Assembly: GCA_025594325.1 (NCBI GenBank)
Contig: JANHCV010000009.1
Span: forward strand, 1-64,000
Length of the DNA: 64,000 nucleotides
Direction: 5' to 3'
Source of the DNA: Blastocladiella emersonii ATCC 22665
Taxonomy: Eukaryota; Fungi; Blastocladiomycota
The notes beneath the pieces were generated by a model. The model did no database searches. It had not been told where the DNA came from and saw only the letters and a program-made list of their open reading frames with translations. The position numbers and the translations under genes are program-made. Of this stretch, positions 34,301 to 47,743 are shown piece by piece. Within the stretch, counting starts at the first letter, position 1; every line of letters begins with the position of its first letter.

Positions 34301-37300
34301 CAGCACCGCGCGGCGGCACCGGCCCGGCCGAAGAGCGCCGCCAACCTGCTCCGCGACGAAACGACGGTCGTGCAGCAGCAGGAGCCGCAGCAGGAGAAGG
34401 AAGAGGTAGCCGCCTTAGCACCGCCCGCCGCCATCGATGAACAGCCCGCTGCCGAACCTTCTCGTCCCCCGTCGGCGCCGCGGACCCCGCGAAACGCCTC
34501 GCAGCACGCGTCGACCGAGTCGCTCGCGCGCGCCTCCCCGAAACGCCGCACGCTGACCAAGTCGCAGCCGAGCCTTCTCGCCGCGACTGGCAAGTCCGCC
34601 ACCGTCGAGCCCACGCCCGATGCCGCCCCGCTCCGCCGCCCGCGCAGCGACACGATCCGCTACGTGCAACCGGCGTCGAACGCGTCGCCGTACGCGCAGT
34701 ACGTGGTCGCGGCGCCGGCCGACGCCGCCAAGCCCGCGTCGGGCTCGGCCACGCCGTCCCGCACGTCGAAGCCCGCGAGCCGTCGCGCGTCCAAGCCCAG
34801 CAGCGTCGCCGGCTCGTCGGCCGCGCTGACCGCGCCGCGTCCCGCGTCGGCCGGCGCCATCGAGTCAGCGTTTGACGTCAAGGACATTATCCGCCAGGGC
34901 TCCCTCGTCATTGCCGAGGACCCGGCGCCTGCGCCTGCGCCAGCCCCTGCACCCGTCGTTGACTCGACGCTCAACCTCGCGTCGGGCGTCGCGCTCCCCG
35001 ACTCGGCCGCCGTGTCCACCGAGAGCATCCACGAGGACCCGCCACCACCCGCCGAGCAGCCGCACGTAGTCTCGCTCCCGCCCCTCGCTGACGCAGAGCC
35101 TGCCGTGTACGCGGCGCCTGCAGCAGACGCGTCCAAGGAGAGCCTCGAGCAGGCCGACTCGGCGAGCTCCGAATCGGTCCACGCCGCGGCGGCGGTCCCG
35201 CTGCCCGCGTCCGTCGCCGGGTCGCGCGTCCTGTTTGGCTCGACGCACTCGGTCGCTGGCTCGGAGCCTGCCCGCACCGCCGCCGCGCCTGCGAATAAGT
35301 CGCCGCTATCGGGTGCGCCGGTGACGGCAGCGCTCGGTCTCGGGCTCGGGATTGGCGCCCTCGCTGCGTCGGCGCTGTTTCGGAGCAAGGACGAGATCGC
35401 CGGCGTCGATTCCCATCCGGCCGACGCGCACGACGACAGCGTTGATCCTGCCGGCGTCCCGCTTCCGCAGTCGGTTGCGGCCTCGCTCGCGCTGCTCGCA
35501 GGCCCGGTGCCGCAAGCGGACGAGCCTACCCCAGCTGTCGCTGTCGAGGAGAAGCAGGAGCCGCTCGAACCCGTCGAGGCCGCTCCGGTGCCCAAGGAGC
35601 CCGCCGCCCCCCTGGCCCAGGTCGAGGAGGAGCGCTTCGAGCTCAATTCTGCGACGATCGCCCTGCCCGCGAGCGTTGCTGCATCGCGGACGCTGCTCGC
35701 TGAGCCCGAACCCGAACCTGCGCCGGCCGATAACTCGGCCGTCCCGGCTGAGCCTGCTGTCTCGACATCGCAGGACAATCTCGGCGTCGATCCGCACCAC
35801 GTCGTGCTCCCGGCATCCGTCGCCGCGTCCGCCCTGCTGCTAGCATCCAGTGAGCCCATGCTCGCCGAGCAGCAGCCGGACGACGAGCCCGTGCGCGAAC
35901 CCGCCTCGAAGCCCGACCACGCTGGCGCCGACGACCCGCGCTCGATTGCGCTGCCGGCCTCGGTTGCTGCCTCCGCGCTCCTGCTCGCGTCTACGGCGAG
36001 TCTGCACGACTCGGAGCGCCACGCCGAGCAGCGGTTGCAGGTGGACGTGAGCGACCCGCACTCGATTGCGCTCCCCGCGTCCGTAGCCGCCTCCGCGCTC
36101 CTCCTCGCCGCCTCGACCCAGAGCCTCGCCAGGGCGCCGAGCCAGCCCACGGTCCAGCCGACGGCGGAACCTGCGTCCGTGGCCGAGGACTCGCTCGTTG
36201 ACCCGCACTCGCTCACGCTTCCCGCCTCCGTCGCTGCCTCGGCGATGCTCCTCGCTTCTTCGTATGAGCTCGCCGAGGAACCGAGGCAGACTCCGGTCCA
36301 TGCCTCGGCGCAGCTCGAGGAAGAGTCGGTGGACCCGTCCTCGGTCGCCCTGCCTGCGTCCGTAGCCGCATCGGCCCTCCTTCTCGCCGCGTCGACGCAG
36401 AATCTGGCCAAGGCGCCGAGCCAACCGTCGGTCCGCGATGCTGCCTCGCCGCAAGACCAGACGGAGCAGTTGTCGGTCGATCCGCACTCTATCGCGCTCC
36501 CGGCCAGCGTCGCGGCCTCCCAAACGCTGTTTGCCGCCGAGCCCGCTCGGGAGCCCGCTCGTGAGCCACTTCGCGACGCGCCATCGGTTTCCGCGTCGAG
36601 CACGCACCTCGCCGCGGATCCTCACTCGATCGCCCTCCCAGCTTCCGTCGCCGGGTCGGCGATGCTGTTGGCGTCGACGCAGGACCTCGCACGGGCGCCA
36701 AGCCAGCCCTCCGTCAGCGACGCGACCGCGCTCGAGCAGTCGGTCGACCCGCACTCGATTGCGCTTCCGGCGAGTGTCGCTGCCTCGCAGACGCTGCTCA
36801 ACGAGGCGACCGCGCCCGCGCTCGCGGCTTCGGCTTCACCGTCCTCCGCCAACCTCGCAAGCGACCCACACTCGATTGCGCTACCCGCTTCAGTCGCCGC
36901 GTCGGCGCTCCTCCTCGCGTCCACGCAGGACCTGCAGCCGGCGCCGAGTCAGCAGCAGCTCGAGCAGGAGGAGGACGAGTCGGCCGACCCGCACTACGTC
37001 GCCCTTCCCGCGAGCGTAGCGGCGTCGCAGGCGCTGTTCGCCGGGCCTTCTCATGAACCCCTCCGCGAGACGCCGTCGGCCTCGGCCTCTCGGACCGATC
37101 TCGCCGCCGATCCCCACTCGATTGCTCTTCCCGCGTCGGTGGCCGCATCCGCGATGCTGCTCGCATCGGCCCAGGACCTCTCCGAGCCGCCTCACCACGC
37201 GCCTCTCCATGACACAGAGCGGAGCGAGCACGAGGACGAGTCAGCCGACCCGCACTCGATCGCGCTGCCGGCGAGCGTTGCCGCGTCGCAGGCCCTCTTC

Positions 37301-40300
37301 ACCGAGCCAGCCTCGGTCACGGAGCGCGATGCGTCGGTCCATGCGTCCAGCAGCGACGTATCGGCGGACCCGCACTCGATCGCACTTCCCGCCTCGGTTG
37401 CCGCCTCTGCGCTCCTTCTCGCGTCCAACCAGAGTCTCAGCGGCAAGGCCGTGAGCCAGTCGCAGCTGACCGCCGAGCCCGCAGCACCTGTCGCTGCCGA
37501 AGTCGACCCCCGCTCGATTGCGCTTCCGGCGTCGGTGGCGGCCTCGCAGACGCTCTTCTCCGATTCGAGCGCCGCTGCCGAGCCTGCCGGCCGACTCGAG
37601 GACCAGCAACCCGACCCGCTCTCGATTGCCCTTCCCGCGTCGGTTGCGGCCTCGGCGCTCCTGCTCGCGTCGGCACAGGACCTGCGCGAGCCGCCAGCCG
37701 CGTCGGTCGTCCGCGAGAATGTCGCCCCGCAGGAACCCGTCGATGCGGACCCGCACGCGATTGCGCTCCCGCCGAGCGTCGCGGCGTCGCAGACGCTGTT
37801 CGCCCCGCTCGCCGAGGAGTCCCGCCCTGCTCTCGCGCCATCAACCGCAACGGCCGCGTCGCGCGAGGAGCTCGACCTCGACCCGCGCTCGATTGCCCTC
37901 CCCACCTCTACCGCTGCGTCGGCACTGCTTCTCGCCTCGCGCGACGCGCTGACGGAACCCGCTGCTGAACCGGCCCTCGCACAGCGCCCCGTCGACCCGC
38001 ACGGCATCGCGCTCCCGGCATCCGTCGCCAGCTCGGCGCTGCTGTTGGCGGCATCTCGCAGTTTTGACGCAGTTGACGCCGCTGACGACGATCCCGGTGT
38101 CCGCGACGACGATGTCGACCCGCACTCGATTGCACTTCCGGGTTCCGTGGCCGCATCACTGGCCCTGCTCGGATCTGCGCGGCAGCTCACGTCCGACGAC
38201 CGCGCCGCCGCGCCGTCCGCGCAAGAAGAGCAGGGCGACCTCGTCGACCCGGCGTCTATCTCGCTCCCGGCATCCGTCGCCGGCTCCGCGCTCCTTCTCG
38301 CATCGCGGCACGACCTCGCCGATCCTGCCTCGATCGCGCTCCCGGCCTCGGTCGCCGCGTCGGCTCTGCTCCTCAACGAGCCTGACCCGATTGACGACGG
38401 CGCCGTTCGTGTCGAGGTTGACCCTGCGTCCATCCACCTGCCCGCGTCGGTCGCATCATCGGCGCTGCTGCTCGCTGCTTCGTCCCGCGACCAGCTGTCT
38501 GCGCAGGCTGACCCGGCCAGCGTTCCGCTACCTGCGTCGGTCGCCGCGTCATTGGCGCTCCTGTCCGAGCCGTCCGTCCAAACCGACTCTTCCTCAAACA
38601 CAAGCGAGCCAGCTCCGCCATCTGCCGATCCACACGCTGTTCTGCTTCCCGAGTCGGTCGCCGCATCGCAGGCCCTGTTTTCCTCGCGCGACGCGCTCGC
38701 CCAGGGTTTCTCGAGTCCGAGGGCCGCCTCGCAGGACGCGCTCGCTGCGGACCCGGCTACGATCGCGCTACCCGCGTCCGTCGCCGCGTCCATGATGCTG
38801 TTCGGTTCACGCGAGACGCTGAAGCCGCGCGAGCCCCTGGACCACGTCGATCCGCACGCCGTGTCGCTGCCCGCGTCGGTCGCGGCCTCGCAGGCGCTCT
38901 TCGCGTCCGGCGACCGTCTCGCTCAACCAACGACTCCGCCGGAACAGGTCGCCGACCATTTCGATCCTACGTTCGTCGCTCTCCCCGACTCGGTCGCTGC
39001 CTCGCAGGTTCTCTTCGCGCCCGCACCGGCGCCGGCGAGTTACGTGGCCGACGCGGCTCTCGCACCCGCGTCAGTTCCGCTCCCCGCGTCCGTCGCCGCG
39101 TCCATGGCGCTTCTCTCGTCCACGACGGCGCTCGATGCGGCGCAGCCCAACCCCGAGCCCGTCAAGCCTCACGACGACGCTGTGGATCCTGCTGCGTACG
39201 CGCTACCCGCGTCGCTTCCAGGTTCCGCGTCCATTCTCGCGGACGGTCCGGGCACCGAACCTCTCGCTGAAGCTCTCGACCCGGCCAGCGTCGCGCTCCC
39301 TGCGTCGGTGGCCGGCTCGCGCATGCTTCTCGCTTCGTCGCTCGCCCTCGACTCGACTCCGCCTGGAAGTAGCGGCCGACTCGCCAGTACGACCGCGCTC
39401 GATGCTGCGTCGATTGCGCTCCCAGCCTCGGTCGCCGGCTCGATTGCTCTTCTTTCGCAGCAGCCCGACCTCGCCGCATCGCAGCGCGCGCTGTCGGGCA
39501 AGTCGAGCGACCGTGATGTCGACCCGGCCGGAATCGCGTTTCCCGCATCGGTCGCCGGCTCGACTGTGCTCCTCGCGTCGGGCACCAACCTCGCCCGCAT
39601 CGCGTCCGTATCGGGCTCGCGCTCGATTCTCCACCACGCAGCACTCGATGCGGCGACGTACCCGCTTCCTGCCTCGGTCGCTGGGAGCCAGGCGCTGTTC
39701 GGGTCCCAGGTCACGCTGGAGCCAGCGGATCGGGCGTCTGTCGCCCATAGCCACACAGCCGATCCGGCCGCCATTGCGCTACCGGCCTCAGTCGCCGCCT
39801 CGACCGCTGCGCTCACGCCCGAGCTGCGCGAGGTGGACCAGGTCGATCCTGCCATGGTCGGCCTGCCGCCGTCTGTCGCCGGCTCGCAGGTTCTCGCCCA
39901 ATCGATGACGCAGCTGTCTCGGCCAGAGTCTACGCCAGTGCTTCGCCAGAATTCCGCGTCGACGCCCGCTCTGAACAGATCCTCGTCCGTCACACAGGTC
40001 GACCCATCCCAGATTGCACTTCCAGCGTCTGTTGCGGGATCGACCGCGTCCGTCGCTCCTCGCTCAGAGCAGCAGGACCCCGCGAGTATCGACCCTGCCT
40101 CCATCGCGCTCCCGGGCTCCGTCGCGTCCTCGAATCAGTCGCTCGCGCGGACGGCATCGCTTCCCGCTGTCGGCCCTACCCCGGTCCACCAGCACCATGG
40201 CCGCCACGGCACGTCCCCGCTTCGGCAGCAGGTCGACCTCGCTGCGACGTCGAGCGAGGAGCTCGTTGCCGCCGACCCGACCGACGTGCCGCTTCCCGCC

Positions 40301-43300
40301 TCGGTCGCCGGATCGCGCGTCCTGCTCAGTTCGACGCCCAACCTCGCTCAACCCCGCGTCGCTCAGCAGCCGCAACCGCAGGCCGTTCACGGCTCGCATC
40401 GCATGCTGGCCAAGTCGCAGCCCCATACTCGCAGCATGGGTTCCATTCCCGGGAAGTCGGCCACCGATCCCGCGTCGGTTCCGCTGCCTGCGTCCACGGC
40501 GGGCTCTCGCTCGGCCGTCGCCTCGAACGCTTCGATTACCCGCGGCCCCGCAGCGGCACAGCCACTCGACCCCGCAGCCATCGCTCTTCCCGAGTCGCGG
40601 GCGGCGTCGGTGCAGGTTCTCGCGGGCAAGGCCGCTGGATCAGCGCCGGGCTCCGCGCGAGCGTCCGCGTCCAACCTGCGCGATCGCTCCGAAATCGATC
40701 CCGCCTCGGTCGCGCTTCCCGCCTCGGTTGCTGGGTCGCAGGCGCTGTTCGGCGACGCAGCTCCCGCCGATGTCGCCGGTATCCAGCGGTCCGCTTCGCA
40801 GGGGAGCCTTCGCCGCGCCGACCGTTCCATCGAGCAGTACCCCCACACGAACACCGAGGTCGACGCGGCCAGCTACCCACTGCCCCGCTCGCTCGCAGGG
40901 TCGCGGGTTTTGCTCCACTCGCACTCGTCGCTCCCGTCGGTTAACGAGGAGCCCGAACCCGACCCGACCTCGTTTGCGCAAACCGAGTCCGTAACGGGCT
41001 CGCGCGTCCTGTTCTCCTCGCAGCAGAACCTCGCGTCCGCTCGCCATTCGCGGCCGACTAGCGCCACGAGTTCGAGCCGCGCGCTGGCCCACTTTGAGGT
41101 CGACCCCGCCATGTACGAGCTCCCGGCGTCGCTCGGCGGCTCGGCGCTGCTCCTCGCCGGTTCGCACCACGTTCTCGCACCGGTCAGCGAGACGAGCGAG
41201 TCGACTGGAAGCCAGGGTGAGTCCGACCAGCCGGATCCGTCCGAGTTCCCGCTGCCCGCATCGGTTGTCGCGTCGCACATGCTTCTCGCTGGATCGCAGG
41301 CGAGCCTCCGCGACGGACGCGCGAGCAACGAGCGGGTCGCTGACCCCGCCAGTATTGCGCTTCCGCCGTCCGCTGCGGCGTCGCAGATGCTCTTCTCGTC
41401 CAGCCCTGCCCTCGCGGGGTCGTCGACCGCTGTCAACCACGGCACGTCTGCGAGAACCGCAAGTGATGCTCTCGAACCGACATCGGTCCCGCTCCCTGCC
41501 TCGGTCGCTGCGTCGCAGAACCTGCTCACGTCTACCGCCTCGCTGAGCGAGCCGCTCGCCCATCACGACGCGACCGAGTCGACGACCGCCGGCGCCACCC
41601 GCGAAGCAGAGCCAGTCGCCGAATTTGGCCGTCTCGACGCCGCGCTCGTACCGCTCCCTGCATCCGTGGCGGCGTCGCGCAACCTCCTGGCTTCCACGCC
41701 GGCTCTCGATCAATTTCCTACGCAGCAGGCCATGGACGCCGACCCAACCTCGGTCCCGCTCCCCGCGTCCGTCGCCGCGTCCCAGAACCTCTTCACGGAG
41801 CCGGCCGATTCCGCAGACATGTTTGCGCCCGAGCCTGTTCCATTGCGTCCGAAGCGCTTGCCGGTCGAGCAGCACCAGCGGCCAGAAGCTACGACGCCCG
41901 TTTTCGATCCAGTGTACCCGTCGCTCGTCCCGCTTTCTGCCTCGGTCGCCGCGTCGCGCAACCTGCTGGCATCCACGGCAGCACTCGAGGAGCCGCTCGC
42001 GACGGTTCAGGTCATCAATGCGACCAACGAGGACCCGTCGCAGGTTCCGCTACCCGAGTCAGTTGCCGCCTCGCGGCTTCTCCTCGCCTCGAACTCGAAC
42101 CTCGGCGAGCGAGTCTCGGCGTCGACCGTCGGAATCGATGCGGCTCAGCTTCCCCTCCCTGCATCAGTCGCCGCGTCGCGCAACCTGCTCTCGTCGACAA
42201 CGGCGCTCGATGCTCATGCGCAGGACGAAGACAACGCCGCCTCGCGTATACCGCTTCCGGCCTCGGTCGCGGCATCGCAAAACCTGCTCGCGTCGGTAAC
42301 CGCGCTCAACGTGCAGCCTGAACCGCGTGCGCTTAAGACGGACGATCCCGCTGTCTCTACTGCCGCGGTGAACCCCGTCTACCCGTCGCTCGTCCCACTT
42401 CCGCCATCGGTTGCCGCGTCGCGCCACTTGCTCGCCTCCATGGACGCACTCGACTCGTCGTCCGCGGTCGACGCAGCGCACCCCGCCCTCGTCCCGCTTC
42501 CGGCCTCGACCGCCATGTCGCAGGACTTGCCGGCCTCGACCCGAGTACTCGACGCGGCGGCGCAGCAGGAGCACACATCTGCGCCCGAAGTCGAGCCGGC
42601 CGAGTTCCGCGAGGAGCAGTTTACTGCCGATCCGGCGATGGTCCCGCTTCCGCACTCGGTCGCCGGCTCTCGAGCGCTTCTTTCGTCGGAACAGCAACTC
42701 GATGTGCGGCCGCACGAGCACCTCGAGACGGGTTCCGCTCGTGCTAGCACGGATGCGCTCGACGCAGCCGCCATCGCGCTCCCGGCGTCCGTGGCCGCGT
42801 CCGCCTTCCTCCTTTCGGAATCGCCTCAAGCTCCTGTCGACGCACCGCAGCTCGCCGATGCCTCTGCTGATCTCGACGCTGAGCCCGCAACAGTGCACCG
42901 TGCGGCGAGCGGGAACGTGTACCCGTCGCTCGTTCCGCTTCCCGCCTCTGTCGCGAGCTCCCAGGTCCTTCTCGCGTCGCGAACTAACCTCGCGGCGAGC
43001 CAGATGCTTCGGCCGCAGCAACTTGCTGCCGAGCCCGAGCCGCTGCAGGAACCGGAGCTCGACCCGTCGTCGATTGCCCTCCCTCGCTCCGTTGCGGCCT
43101 CGGCTGCGCTGCTGAGTTCATCCACCGAGCTGGACTCGAGCGCTCTCGTGCGGACGGTCGCGCAGCGCGAGCACCTCGAGCAGCCCGAGACGCCCGAGAC
43201 GCCCGCGACCGCTCCGACGGCGGACTCGCCAACGGCCGCGCACGACCCGCGTCCTGCTTCCGCGGCGTCATCCCGCTCCAACTCGACGCTTCGGCTGGCC

Positions 43301-45682
43301 CTCTCGACGCGGTTGCCCGACTCGGTCGCCAGCTCCATGTCTCGACTGGCATCCGCAGCCAACCTCGCAACGTCGACCCTCTCGCGCAAGCTGTCCGGGT
43401 CAGCCCGCTCGCTCCGCAGCTCGCGCTCGAACTCGACGTCCCAGGTCCGCGCGTCGAACTCGGCCCTCGCAGCCGTGGACCCTGCTTCGATTGCGCTCCC
43501 GCTCTCGGGTGCAGCATCGCAGGAACTCGCGGGCAAAACGCTCGAGTCGCGGTCTGCTTCCGTTCCAGCTCTCGCTGAACCGGCTTCCAGCCGTGCGCCC
43601 GCTGGGCTCGCGAAGAGCATGGACACGCTCGGCGCGGCGCAGTTCGACCTTCCCGAGTCGGTCGCTGGTTCGGCCATGCTGCTGAGCCAGCCCAATCTCA
43701 CGGTTTCGGGTGCGGCCGTGGCGAACCAGCGCGCGGCCAGTCACGATGCTTCGCTCGCTGCCGCCGTGGCAGCTCCTTTGCCTGGATCGGTCGCGGCCTC
43801 GGCGCTCCTTCTCGCAGATGACGACGCGCTGCCCGCTCAACCACACGAGGAATCGACCGCCTCGTCGTCGGAGACCACGCCCGCCCCACCAACCGAGTCG
43901 GCTACCAGCGGAAGAAGCGCGTCCGTCGAGTTTGACCCAGCGACGATTGCGCTCCCGCTCTCAGTTCCTGGTTCCGCGAGTCTGCTGCGCGAGAGCACCA
44001 GTGCAACGGCACCGCCGTCAGTAGCCCACGCCACCGACGCGCCTACGCTTCCCGAACCGACGCTCCTGTCCGAGATCAACCTCGCCCTCGACCCGCAGCC
44101 TGTTGCCCTCCCCGCGTCCGTCGCCGGCTCGAGAGCTCTTCTCGCCGGCTCCGAGCCCCAGCTCGCCGAGCCGTCGCAGCAACGCGTGTCCGAATCGTCT
44201 ACCAATCTCGTGGTGCGCACTCTTACGCTTGCCCACGTTACAAGATCTCGCTGAACCCGCCCTCCGCCTCGTTTGTAGCATCAGCCCGATCCTGCGTCGA
44301 TTGCCCTCCCCGAGTCGGTCGCCAGCTCGCGCACCTCGGTCGCACCCGAGGCCGCCCCGACGAGCGCGGGGGCCGACCCCGACGCGTCCATCAACAGTAC
44401 CGACATGCGCAGCTTGCTCGACCAGCTCCCGTCCGTGGCTGGCTCACGGATGTCGCTCAAGTCGCACGGGCCCGTGGATCCCGCGTCGCTTCCGCTCCCC
44501 GCGTCCAACGCGGCCTCGCTCGACGCGCTGGGCCCCGATTCCGAGTACTTTGTTGCGCGCCGTCCCGACTCGGCCGGCTCGCAGTCGTCGGGTGACGCGC
44601 TGATCACCAGCGCGGATACGGGCCGCGTTCTGGCGATGCTTCCGTCATCCATCATGAGCCTTAACCATGGCGCGGCCGTGTCGCGGAGCGAACCGTCGCT
44701 CGACGCGGCGTCGTTCCCGCTTCCCGCGTCGGTCGCAGCGTCGCAGGTGCTCACGTCGCGCTCGGCTTCCCGTATGCTGCTCACCACGGAAAAGAGCAGT
44801 GCGATTGCTCCTCCTGCCGCGCCGGCACCACACGACGTGCACGCCTCGCTCCCGAACCTGACGGCGGCTCCCGCAACCACGACCGAGGACTCGAGCGCGC
44901 TCGCGCCGCGTGCCTCGAGCGGCGAGGAGGTCAAACCGACGCCACCAACGACGGAACGTCGGCACTCGGCGTCCGCGAGCGGCAGCTCGCCGCAGCGTGC
45001 GTCGCGGCCGGCTTCGAGCAAGTCGCGCGGTTCGGCACGGTCGGTGGCTCCCGCCGCGGCGGTGCCGTTCCTCAAGGAGACGCTTGACCAGTGGGGCATC
45101 GAGCTCGGCCCGTCGATCACGCACCTGGCGACGCTCGACGATACGGCGTCACGCCAGTCGACGGAGCCGTCCCGCGCCGCGTCCGTCCATTCCCTGGCCC
45201 ACCACGGCTCGCAGCCGGAGCTCTCAGCGACGGGACCTGCTCCCGTTTCCGCACCCACGCCTCCCGCAGCGGCTCCCTCTAGCACCGAGCAGCGCGGGTC
45301 GCGGTCCAACCTGCTCCAGCAGCGCGCGGCGAGCCAGTCCCAGCTCAAGAAGAGCGGCGGCGGGTCCATCAGCGGCGGCGGCAATTACGTCGCCGCCTCG
45401 GGGTCCACTGCAACAGCTGCGGGGATCCGCAACAAGGCGATCAACGCGGCCATCGCGGCGGCGGTGACCTCGTCGCGAGCGGCATCCAGCGGGTCGCTCC
45501 TCCCCAAGCACGACGCGCAGACGACGCCCAAGGTCGAGCCACCAGCACCGGTGCTCCCCAAGTCCGAGAGCCAGCCGATCGCAGCGCAAGAGCCAGGAGC
45601 GCCCCTCCTCGGCGCCGGTACAGCGGGCCCGTACCCGAAGGAGCTCTCCGGGTCGTTCATCACGGAGCACATTGCGCAATAA
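31303..45682 (+). CDS. Giant repeat protein, ~4708 aa, join(31303..31778,31843..31996,32062..33671,33730..44212,44279..45682)
   Basis: Four phase-compatible GT-AG introns (64, 65, 58 and 66 nt) link ORFs 31171, 31859, 32002, 33830 and 44405 into one frame of 14127 nt. It contains an ERICH3-like N-terminal motif, 12-aa HAQTS repeats, a short helical TPR-like patch and ~70 DPxSIALPASVAASxxLL repeats. Confidence 0.88.
35195..44755 (+). repeat. Coding repeat array: ~70 copies of an ~18-aa motif DPxS[IV][AP]LP[AES]SVA[AG]SxxL[LF] with variable linkers
   Basis: Hand count from the translation gives 68 copies in exon 4 and 3 in exon 5, including a few degenerate ones. Confidence 0.92.
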
Positions 45683-46036
45683 CCACCCGTCCCCATTTTG
45701 TTGCTACAATCTAAATCATTTGTCGTTTTCGTGCGTGCCCGCGACGCGTCCATGGCCATGGCCGTGGCCACGACCTTGGCCGCCGTGGCGTCGCCCTGAT
45801 CACGGTCGGTCCCCCTGTCACGGTCTGATCTGAAACGGCTATCGTCATGTGAATGTGGCGCAAACTTCTCGTCCAGCTATTGGCCAGGGCTGGCTGCACC
45901 GCTGCCAACACCGCACAGCAGTGCCGAAAATGAACCAGAGTTCTCAGGCAGGGGCGAAGGGGTGATCGCCGCCACCGCGCTGCATTCCTCTCTTCTCCTC
46001 CACCCACACTCTCGCGCCGTTGCAGCAGCGATTACC

Positions 46037-47281
46037 ATGCAGATCACGCTCCTCACGCTCGTCGCCCTCCTCGCGCTGGTCGCCCCCTACGCGGCCGAGG
46101 CCTCGACCGGCTCGACGGGCCGCGGTGGCGCCTCGTCGGCCGCGCCGACCGTCGGCGTGGCGTCGTACATGGTCAGTGCCCTCAACGCCGCCAACGCCGT
46201 GCGTGCCCAGAACGGTGCTGCGCCGCTGTGCCTCGAGGCGCACCTGATCAAGGCCGCCGAGAACCACTCGCGCGACATGGCCAACCGCCGCACCCTCTCG
46301 CACACGGGCGGCGACGGCCGCAGCCCCTTCCAGCGCATGTCGGCGCTCGGCTACAGCTACACGGCCGCTGCTGGTGCGTTCCCACGATGCAGATCGCACT
46401 GATCGCCGGCCGAGGCTAACCTTGTCGTAGAAAACATCCTGTACGGCTCCGCGACCTGCGACTCCGAGGCCGCCATCGCGCAATGGAAGGCCTCCTCCGG
46501 TCATTTCAAGAACATGATCAATCGCGCCTACACGCAAACTGGCGTGGCTATGGTCGAGGGCACCTGCCCCGGCATCAACATCAAGTGCTGCTACTGGACC
46601 GAGACGTTCGGCGCGAGCTCGGCGCCGTGCCTCAACGTCAACGTGGGCGGCTCCGGCAGTCGCCGCGGCCGCGGCCAGGTCGACGTTGAGACGCCCGCTG
46701 CCCCGGCCCCCGCTGCTGCCCCCGCGACCGTGACGCCCGCGGCCGAGCCGGCCAAGGAGGTGAGCTACGACGACGGTCTCCTCGGCACGCCGTCGATCGG
46801 CAATGACCCGGCCAAGACGGTGGCGCTGTACCAGGCCGAGTTCCTGAGCCTGCTCAACGCGCACCGCCACCACCGCGAGCTGTCGCCCGTGTGCATCAGC
46901 GTGCCGCTGCAGGTCGCCGCGCAGCGCCAGGTCGACGACGTGGCCACCACGCGCCACGAGATGACCCATCTCGGCTCGGACGGCTCGGCGCCCGCCGACC
47001 GCATCCGCCAGTCGGGCTTCACCGCCATCGAGACGGCCGAGATCATCGCCGCCGGCGACGAGAAGACGTTCGTCGACCCCGCCCAGGCCTTCCTCGTGTG
47101 GCGCGACTCGACCAAGGGCCACAACGAGGTGCTCGAGACCAAGGAGTGGACCCACGTCGGCGTCGCCAAGCAGGTCGGCGCCTGCCCCAATGACGCCGCC
47201 AAGTCGTGCACCTTCTGGATCGCCACCTTCGGCGTCAACAAGGACGCGCCGTGCGCCCCGATCGAGAAGACCGACGCCTAA
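46037..47281 (+). CDS. Secreted protein with two CAP/SCP domains, 395 aa, join(46037..46373,46431..47281)
   Basis: Signal peptide MQITLLTLVALLALVA. Domain 1: NAVRAQNG...AAENHSRDM...SHTGGDG...ENI...W..SSGHFKNM. Domain 2: NAHRHHRELSP...THLGSDG...AEII...GHNEVL...HVGVA. A 57-nt intron with branch point gctaac. Confidence 0.92.
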
Positions 47282-47743
47282 GCTCGTCGCCGTCGTCCGT
47301 CCCTCACTACCCTCACTCGCCCATTTTTGTTGATTGTCGTTCATCGCACCCTCGCACCCCTCGCACTACCATTGCTGTACCATTTGTAATAACCACGTTT
47401 CTCACTTAGCCACCCAAGCTGCTCACTCGCTGAGGGACGCTTGAAGGAGACCCTTGAGCGCGATGCAGGCCGCAAAGGACGCGACGCGCCGTCCGGTGGA
47501 GCATCACACCGGCCATCACGCAATGCGGTGCACGCCGGTGATTGGGCAGAGGCGAGAAACCATACGGCACAAGCTGGTTTTGCCTGGTTTCAGCACATGG
47601 GTGTTCAAGGTGGGGTGCTACGCCACCCGACCTTCGTGACGTCGGCGTCGCGACCGACCATCGAGCAACGTTTTGACCTCAAGGACCGACCCGCCAACGC
47701 CTGCTTCTCCTGCCCAGCAAGGATCGCTGCTAGATCATCCACC

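Noticed and set aside
34276-43701. Many long minus-strand and off-frame ORFs (e.g. 34660..36603, 37192..38793) over the giant gene
   Set aside because: They are shadows of the repetitive GC-rich sense frame; their DAATEAGSAIECGS repeats are just the reverse complement of the sense motif.
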